In this document: piece by piece, positions 57,602-64,000 of the stretch | How positions within the stretch are numbered: the first letter of the stretch is position 1 | How the letters are laid out: every line of letters starts with the position of its first letter | Made by a program: the position numbers and the translations under genes | Notes under the pieces: model-generated | Database searches by the model: none | Seen by the model: only the letters and a program-made list of their open reading frames with translations | What the model was told of the DNA's origin: nothing | Assembly: GCA_963675525.2 (NCBI GenBank) | Contig: CAXXSL010000001.1 | Location: 160,001-224,000 of the forward strand | Direction: 5' to 3' | DNA from: Anaerohalosphaeraceae bacterium | GTDB taxonomy: Bacteria > Planctomycetota > Phycisphaerae > Sedimentisphaerales > Anaerohalosphaeraceae | DNA length: 64,000 bases

Positions 57602-60255
57602 GATATTCAAAAATGATGGGTGTTTTATTATGTGTCTGGATTTTGAGTTGTTGCGCATGGAGTGTGGATGAACCGGTTGCATTAAAGGAAGTGTTTACTG
57701 AAGACTTTCTGATTGGAACAGCACTCAATACCGGTCAAGTGTTTAATGAGCTACCGGCTGAGACGATGCTGATAAAGACGCATTTCAACTCAATCACGCC
57801 GGAGAACCTGCTCAAGTGGGAAAAGGTACATCCGTCGCCGGGCCGCTACGATTTTGAGTCTGCCGATGCATTTGTCAATCTGGGTCAACAGCACAACATG
57901 TCTGTCATAGGCCACACGCTTGTCTGGCATAGTCAAACACCCGGCTGGGTATTTAAAGATGCCGAGGGCAAGCCACTGAGCCGGGATACGCTGCTGGCTC
58001 GGATGAAAGATCATATCTTCACTGTTGTGGGACGTTATAAAGGACACATTCACGGCTGGGATGTTGTGAATGAAGCGGTTGACGATGACGGGACTCTGCG
58101 GAAAACCAAGTGGCTGGAGATCATCGGTGACGATTATGTTGCCAAGGCGTTTGAGTATGTGCATGCGGCAGACCCGGATGCGGAACTGTATTATAATGAT
58201 TATGATATGTGGAAAAAAGACCATCGCGACGGCGTCGTGCGTCTGGTGAAGGATTTGCAGTCCCGAGGGCTGCGTGTGGACGGTATCGGTATGCAGGGGC
58301 ACTGGGGGTTGGATTATCCGCCGTTGAATGAGATCGCCGACAGCATCAATGCCTATGCGGCGCTGGGTGTGAAGGTAATGATAACGGAAATGGAAATCAC
58401 GGTGCTGCCGAGTCCCTGGAAAGATTGGGGTGCGGATATTACCAAGAGTTATAAATTGGAGAAAGAGCTGAATCCTTATCCGAACGGGCTGCCGGAAACG
58501 ATGCACGAAAAACTTGCCGCCCGCTACGCCGAGTTCTTCTCCCTGTTCCACAAACACGCAGATAAAATCAGCCGGGTGACCTTTTGGGGGGTGCAGGACG
58601 GCAACTCCTGGCGGAATAACTGGCCTGTGAGGGGACGTACGGATTATCCGCTGATATTTGATCGAAACTGTGAACCGAAGCGGGCGTTTGGCGCGGTGAT
58701 TGCGATTCCGCAGGCGGACGCTGGAACGCCGCCGCCGGTGAGCCGAACGTTTACGAATCCGGTCATTTCGGGTTTCCACCCGGACCCGAGTATTTGCCGG
58801 GTTGAGGATGACTACTACACGGTTCACAGCACGTTTGAGTATTTTCCCGGCGTTCCGATTTTTCACAGCCGGGATTTGGTGCATTGGCGGCAAATCGGGC
58901 ACTGCCTGACGCGAGAAAGTCAACTGCCTCTGGAAAAGATGCGGGCGTCGGGGGGGATTTTTGCGCCGACGCTGCGGTATCATGACGGGACGTTTTACAT
59001 GATCACCACGAATGTGTATGGCGGCGGGAATTTTTATGTGTCGGCCAATGATCCTGCAGGACCGTGGTCGGAACCGGTGTGGTTGGATAACCAAGGGATC
59101 GATCCGTCGCTGTTTTTTGATGATGACGGCAAGGTGTATTACACGCGGCATGTCGGCGGCGGGGACGGGTATATCGGGCAATGTGAGATTGATATCAAGA
59201 GCGGCAAGCTCAAGGGCCAGCTTCAGAATATCTGGGGCGGCACCGGCGGGGTGTGGGCCGAGGGGCCGCATTTGTATAAGATCAATGGAACATATTTCCT
59301 GATGATATCCGAAGGCGGGACCAGCTATGATCACATGGTGACGATTGCCCGCAGCGATTCGCCGTTTGGACCATTTGAATCGAATCCTGACAACCCGATT
59401 TTGACACATCGCAATCGTCCGGGGCATCCGATTCAGGCGCTTGGACATGCAGACCTGGTCGAATCATCTGACGGCTGGTGGATGGTCTGCCTGGGCATCC
59501 GGCCACAGGGCGGCAATTTACATCATCTCGGTCGTGAGACGTTTCTGACACCGGTCGTGTGGAATGATGATAACTGGCCGGTGGTCAACGGTAACGGCAC
59601 TCTGGAATTGGTGATGCCTGCGCCAAGTCTGGCCTCGCATCCTTTTAAAGAACGTCCCGCCAGAGATGACTTTGACAATGAAATATTGGATATGCAATGG
59701 AACTTCCTGCGAAATCCTTATGATGTCGATCACTCCCTTTCAGCACGCCCCGGCTATCTTCGCCTCCATGGTTCAGCCGTAACGCTCAATGATCAGGATT
59801 CACCGGCATTTGTCGGCCGCCGTCAAATGGATCTGACCTGTCGGATATCGGTAAAACTTGATTTTAAACCCGCCGCAGAGAACGAAGAAGCGGGTTTGGT
59901 ACTGCGCGGCAATGAAGGAAATCACTATGATATGGCAATTACGAAGAGGCAAGGTAAAAGAAAAGTTTTTTTACGAAAGATAATGTCATCAAAGACGGTC
60001 GAACCCGTTTTTTACGCAGATATTCCGGACGGAGATTTAATTTTACTTATAGAAGCATCTCCGTTAGAATACACCTTTTCGTGTCGCGGTGGCAACGGAT
60101 CGGAAATATCGCTGGGCAGTGCTTTCACACGGGACTTGTCGTCGGAGAAAATCGGCGGCTTCACAGGTGTCTATTGTGGCTTGTATGCCTCGGGAAATGG
60201 CAGCAAAAATAAAGCCCCTGCCGACTTTGATTGGTTTGATTATCTTGCTAAGTGA
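57598..60255 (+). CDS. Bifunctional GH10 xylanase-GH43 beta-xylosidase/arabinofuranosidase fusion
   Basis: ITPENLLKW, GHTLVWHSQ, WDVVNE, ITEME (GH10); NPVISGFHPDPSI, GIDPSLF, WAEGPHLYK (GH43) with C-terminal beta-sandwich. Confidence 0.92.
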   Translation: MRYSKMMGVLLCVWILSCCAWSVDEPVALKEVFTEDFLIGTALNTGQVFNELPAETMLIKTHFNSITPENLLKWEKVHPSPGRYDFESADAFVNLGQQHNMSVIGHTLVWHSQTPGWVFKDAEGKPLSRDTLLARMKDHIFTVVGRYKGHIHGWDVVNEAVDDDGTLRKTKWLEIIGDDYVAKAFEYVHAADPDAELYYNDYDMWKKDHRDGVVRLVKDLQSRGLRVDGIGMQGHWGLDYPPLNEIADSINAYAALGVKVMITEMEITVLPSPWKDWGADITKSYKLEKELNPYPNGLPETMHEKLAARYAEFFSLFHKHADKISRVTFWGVQDGNSWRNNWPVRGRTDYPLIFDRNCEPKRAFGAVIAIPQADAGTPPPVSRTFTNPVISGFHPDPSICRVEDDYYTVHSTFEYFPGVPIFHSRDLVHWRQIGHCLTRESQLPLEKMRASGGIFAPTLRYHDGTFYMITTNVYGGGNFYVSANDPAGPWSEPVWLDNQGIDPSLFFDDDGKVYYTRHVGGGDGYIGQCEIDIKSGKLKGQLQNIWGGTGGVWAEGPHLYKINGTYFLMISEGGTSYDHMVTIARSDSPFGPFESNPDNPILTHRNRPGHPIQALGHADLVESSDGWWMVCLGIRPQGGNLHHLGRETFLTPVVWNDDNWPVVNGNGTLELVMPAPSLASHPFKERPARDDFDNEILDMQWNFLRNPYDVDHSLSARPGYLRLHGSAVTLNDQDSPAFVGRRQMDLTCRISVKLDFKPAAENEEAGLVLRGNEGNHYDMAITKRQGKRKVFLRKIMSSKTVEPVFYADIPDGDLILLIEASPLEYTFSCRGGNGSEISLGSAFTRDLSSEKIGGFTGVYCGLYASGNGSKNKAPADFDWFDYLAK

Positions 60256-60268
60256 TAAGGTTATTGTA

Positions 60269-62581
60269 ATGAATACATCGAAATGCAGCAGTGATAAGAT
60301 GCATAAATATTTAGATTCTAAATGTCCGGCAAATGAGCGTTTGGAAGATCTTCTTTCTCAAATGACAGTGGAAGAAAAAGTCGCGCAGATGCTCTGCCAG
60401 TGGAATGATGCTGGCCAGACACTTCTTGACGAAAAGGGTGATTTTGACCTTAAAAAGGCAAAGGAAAGTTTCAAGGAGGGTCATGGTCTCGGCCAGTTGG
60501 GTCGGCCCGGAACGCATGGCAAAGGTAAAAGTCCAAAGGAAACTGCTGAACTGACCAATAAGATTCAGGAGTTTTTCATCGAGAACAGTCGACTGGGAAT
60601 TCCTGTTGTGTTTCATGCCGAGTGTCTTCACGGTCTGGCGGCAAAAGATGCGACCAGTTTCTCACAACCGATTGGTTTGGGAGCGACCTTTGACCCGGAT
60701 TTGATTTGTCGGCTTTATGGAATGGCTGCCGAAGAGGCCCGTGCCTGTGGCAACCACCAGGCGCTGACACCAGTCGTCGATGTCGCGCGTGACCCGCGTT
60801 GGGGTCGCGTTGAGGAAACCTATGGCGAAGACCCATATCTTGTAGCATGTATGGGGATGGCTGCTGTTAAGGGGTTTCAGGGGGATGCTGCATTCGCTGA
60901 CAAAAAGCATGTGATCGCAACACTCAAACACTTTGCCGCGCACGGCCAGCCCGAATCAGGCACTAATTGCGCACCGGTTAACGTTTCTACCCGAGTCCTC
61001 CGCGAAGTGTTCTTATATCCCTTTAAAAAAGCAATTCAGGAAGCCGGTGTCATTAGTGTAATGGCTTCCTATAATGAAATTGACGCAGTTCCCTCCCATG
61101 CCAACAAGTGGCTCTTGGATGGTGTCTTGCGTAAGGAGTGGGGGTTCCAGGGGTATGTCGTTTCGGATTATTACGCGATTCGGGAACTTAATGAAAGAGA
61201 AGGTTTCTTTGGTCAGTTTTTGGCTGAAGACGGAAAGCAGGCCGCAAAATTAGCCGTTAATGCCGGTGTCAATATAGAATTACCCGAGCCGGATTGCTAT
61301 CCCGGTCTTGCCGAACTGGTTAAAGAAGGCCACGTCCCGGAGTCTGTGATAGATCAGATGGTTCGCCCGATGCTGGAATGGAAGTTTAAGCTTGGATTAT
61401 TTGATGATCCGTATGTTTGCCCCGACAACGCAGAGAAGGTTGTCGGTTGCAAGCAGCACCGCGATCTGGCACTTGAAGCAGCATGTAAAACCATTACGCT
61501 TCTTAAAAACGACAGTGACCTTGCGCCGATCGATGCATCGAAGGTCAAAACGATTGCCGTCATCGGCCCCAATGCCGACCGCCAAATGCTCGGAGGTTAC
61601 AGCGGCGTTCCCAAACACTGCTCGACGCTGCTGGAGGGTATTCAGGAACATGTTGCCGATTCGATCAAGGTCCTTTATCATGAGGGCTGTAAGATCACGG
61701 TAGGGGGTTCGTGGGCAGAAGACGAAGTGGTTCTCAGCGACCCCCAAAAAGACCGCCAGTCAATTGCCGAGGCAGTGAAAATTGCAGAACAAGCCGATGT
61801 TGTTATTCTTGCTATCGGGGGGAACGAACAGACCTCACGGGAAGCGTATGATGTCAATCATAAGGGTGACCGCACGGACCTTCAAATGGTGGGCCGGCAG
61901 GATGAATTGATCGATGCGATTGCCGCAACAGGAAAACCGACGATCGCGTTTTTGTTCAACGGCCGGCCGCTGGCCGTATGTAATCTAAAGGAAAAGGCCC
62001 AGACGATCTTCGAATGCTGGTATCTTGGACAGGAAACCGGAAAAGCGGTTGCACAGGTCCTGTTCGGCGATGTCAATCCCGGCGGAAAACTCCCGATTAC
62101 GATTCCTCGTTCTGTCGGGCATATCCCGGCTTACTATAATTATAAACCTTCGGCGCGTCGCAGTTATCTTTTTGATGATGTCAGTCCCCTGTATGCCTTT
62201 GGGTATGGCCTAAGCTATACACAATTTGAATTCAGCCAGCTCCGATTGAAAAAAGATGTCATTAAATCAAATGAATCAACAACCGTATCTGTGGAGGTGA
62301 CGAATACAGGCAAACGGGTCGGGGATGAAGTGGTACAAATGTACATTCGCGACTGTTACAGTTCGGTCACCCGTCCTGTCAAAGAACTAAAGGGTTTCCA
62401 GCGGATTACCTTGCAGCCGGGACAGACAAAAACGGTTTCCCTGGACATTACGCCGGAAAAACTGGCCTTTTATAATATGGATATGAAGGATGTGGTCGAG
62501 CCCGGCACATTTCAAATTATGATCGGCAACTCATCGCGTGACGAAGACCTGCAAAAGCTTATCTTAACCGTGGTCGAATAA
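60269..62581 (+). CDS. GH3 beta-xylosidase/beta-glucosidase, no signal peptide
   Basis: RDPRWGRVEETYGEDP, KHFAAH, MASYN, VSDYY, YAFGYGLSY, C-terminal Fn3-like domain. Confidence 0.92.
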   Translation: MNTSKCSSDKMHKYLDSKCPANERLEDLLSQMTVEEKVAQMLCQWNDAGQTLLDEKGDFDLKKAKESFKEGHGLGQLGRPGTHGKGKSPKETAELTNKIQEFFIENSRLGIPVVFHAECLHGLAAKDATSFSQPIGLGATFDPDLICRLYGMAAEEARACGNHQALTPVVDVARDPRWGRVEETYGEDPYLVACMGMAAVKGFQGDAAFADKKHVIATLKHFAAHGQPESGTNCAPVNVSTRVLREVFLYPFKKAIQEAGVISVMASYNEIDAVPSHANKWLLDGVLRKEWGFQGYVVSDYYAIRELNEREGFFGQFLAEDGKQAAKLAVNAGVNIELPEPDCYPGLAELVKEGHVPESVIDQMVRPMLEWKFKLGLFDDPYVCPDNAEKVVGCKQHRDLALEAACKTITLLKNDSDLAPIDASKVKTIAVIGPNADRQMLGGYSGVPKHCSTLLEGIQEHVADSIKVLYHEGCKITVGGSWAEDEVVLSDPQKDRQSIAEAVKIAEQADVVILAIGGNEQTSREAYDVNHKGDRTDLQMVGRQDELIDAIAATGKPTIAFLFNGRPLAVCNLKEKAQTIFECWYLGQETGKAVAQVLFGDVNPGGKLPITIPRSVGHIPAYYNYKPSARRSYLFDDVSPLYAFGYGLSYTQFEFSQLRLKKDVIKSNESTTVSVEVTNTGKRVGDEVVQMYIRDCYSSVTRPVKELKGFQRITLQPGQTKTVSLDITPEKLAFYNMDMKDVVEPGTFQIMIGNSSRDEDLQKLILTVVE

Positions 62582-62648
62582 AACGAGGGAAAGAATTTTT
62601 TACCTTCCTGCCTCGGAAAAGCGAAAACAATAAACTCGGGAGGAATCT

Positions 62649-64000
62649 ATGGACAGATTACATATCGGAAAAAAGTTTCTGAAAAATCGGCGATATTCTC
62701 TCATGATGACATTCGGTAAAATGTTATTTATTTTCTTTGTCTGCTTTTTCTCTTCTGCGTCTACGTGTTTTTCGGTGGGCGAGAAGCGCTATGTCAGTGA
62801 TGTTTACAGTGATGGCGGTTTTTGCCTTGCGCAGAAAAATGATCTTGCGACTCTCTATGTGGATTCGGAAGATGAGGCTGGTGTCGTACGGGCCGTCAAG
62901 GATTTACAGGCTGATATTGGCCGTGTGACAGGGCAGATACCGAAAGTCGTCAATAAAGAGGCTGAACTTGGCAACAATATGGTGATCATCGGTACGATTG
63001 GGAAAAGCGACCTGATCGACCGGCTTATCAAGGCCGGGAAAATTGACGTGATGCAAATCACCGGAAAATGGGAGTCCTTTCTCATTCAGGCCGTGCCGAA
63101 TCCGGTGCCCGGTGTCGCCCATGGACTGGTTATTGCCGGCAGTGACAAACGCGGGACGATTTACGGCATCTATGACCTGTCCGAACAAATCGGCGTTTCG
63201 CCGTGGTACTGGTGGGCGGATGTACCAGTCCAAAAGAAAGATACGATTTATATCAAACCGGGACGCTATATCCAGGGGCCGCCCGCCGTCAAATATCGCG
63301 GTATCTTTCTGAATGATGAGGGATTTGCTCTAAGCCCTTGGGTTAATGAAAAATTCGGCGATTACAACGCCGAGTTTTATACGAAGGTATTCGAATTATT
63401 GCTGCGTCTGAAATCGAATTTTCTGTGGCCTGCGATGTGGGATAATGGCTTTGCTGATGATGACCCGCTTAACGCAAAATTAGCCGACGAGTACGGCATT
63501 GTCATGGGCACGTCACATCACGAGCCGATGAACCGCGCGCATAAGGAGTGGAAACGATATGGAGAAGGCCCGTGGGACTATTCTAAAAACGCCGAAGTGC
63601 TTCATGATTTCTGGGAAAAGGGGATCCGGCGGAGCAAGGATTACGAAACCATCATTACGCTTGCAATGCGAGGCGACGGTGATACCGGCATGAGCGAAAA
63701 TACAAATATTGCATTACTCGAACAAATTGTGACCGACCAGCGCAAAATTATCAGTGACGTTATGGGTGAAGACTTGAGCAGCATTCCGCAGGTATGGGCG
63801 CTCTATAAAGAAGTGCAGGATTATTACGATAAAGGCATGCGGGTGCCGGACGATGTGACTTTATTATTGTGCGATGATAACTGGGGCAATGTCCGAATGC
63901 TGCCCGCCACTGATGCAGCGCCGCGGCAGGGCGGCTACGGGATGTATTATCATTTTGATTTTTATGGTGGGCCGAGAAGTTATATCTGGCTCAATACAAA
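62649..64000 (+). CDS. GH115 alpha-glucuronidase; runs off window, absent from ORF track
   Basis: GSDKRGTIYGIYDLSEQIGVSPWYWWADVP, KYRGIFLNDE, NFLWPAMW, GTSHHEPM, MRGDGD, CDDNWG, YYHFD. Confidence 0.93.
   Translation, partial: MDRLHIGKKFLKNRRYSLMMTFGKMLFIFFVCFFSSASTCFSVGEKRYVSDVYSDGGFCLAQKNDLATLYVDSEDEAGVVRAVKDLQADIGRVTGQIPKVVNKEAELGNNMVIIGTIGKSDLIDRLIKAGKIDVMQITGKWESFLIQAVPNPVPGVAHGLVIAGSDKRGTIYGIYDLSEQIGVSPWYWWADVPVQKKDTIYIKPGRYIQGPPAVKYRGIFLNDEGFALSPWVNEKFGDYNAEFYTKVFELLLRLKSNFLWPAMWDNGFADDDPLNAKLADEYGIVMGTSHHEPMNRAHKEWKRYGEGPWDYSKNAEVLHDFWEKGIRRSKDYETIITLAMRGDGDTGMSENTNIALLEQIVTDQRKIISDVMGEDLSSIPQVWALYKEVQDYYDKGMRVPDDVTLLLCDDNWGNVRMLPATDAAPRQGGYGMYYHFDFYGGPRSYIWLNT

Noticed and set aside
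57790..59448. 552-aa antisense ORF and other long shadow ORFs (54674-55723, 33347-34189, 17249-18025)
   Set aside because: They lie opposite well-supported genes and have no recognisable motifs; likely codon-bias artefacts.

Overview
Bacterial chromosomal window, most likely Planctomycetota (Phycisphaerae/Sedimentisphaerales-like). This is inferred from DUF1559-type pseudopilins, PEP-CTERM proteins and many secreted proteins ending in dockerin-like EF-hand modules. 1-3 kb: beta-propeller/dockerin protein, pseudopilin and comF. 3-9.5 kb: a variable AT-rich patch with an STGP-motif orphan trailing a periodic DNA repeat, a cassette flanked by inverted TGTCTGACCCC motifs, an IS remnant, a HEPN-like gene, a BglII-like/NERD chimera and a dense nest of palindromic and short tandem repeats. 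9.5-18 kb: housekeeping genes (rplU, frameshifted class IV aminotransferase, trxA, candidate sRNA, response regulator, murJ, TPR/HEAT protein, ferredoxin, tRNA-Glu, sulfatase maturase). 18-35 kb: giant LamG/lamin-tail/CotH protein, an AraC-URO-D-GH2-SSS sugar locus, GNAT/M20 pair, and remnants of a tyrosine integrase, an IS3 and a group II intron RT. 35-64 kb: a large glucuronoxylan utilisation locus (xylR, xylB, xylA, acetylesterase, GH30, GH10, LacI with two operators, GH67, GPH symporter, GH10-GH43, GH3, partial GH115). No TonB-dependent transporter is seen in the window; instead a dockerin/PEP-CTERM/DUF1559-pseudopilin module sits where SusCD would be in a Bacteroidota PUL. That module is the best candidate for an uncharacterised system. 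All calls come from motif recognition by eye; no searches were run.
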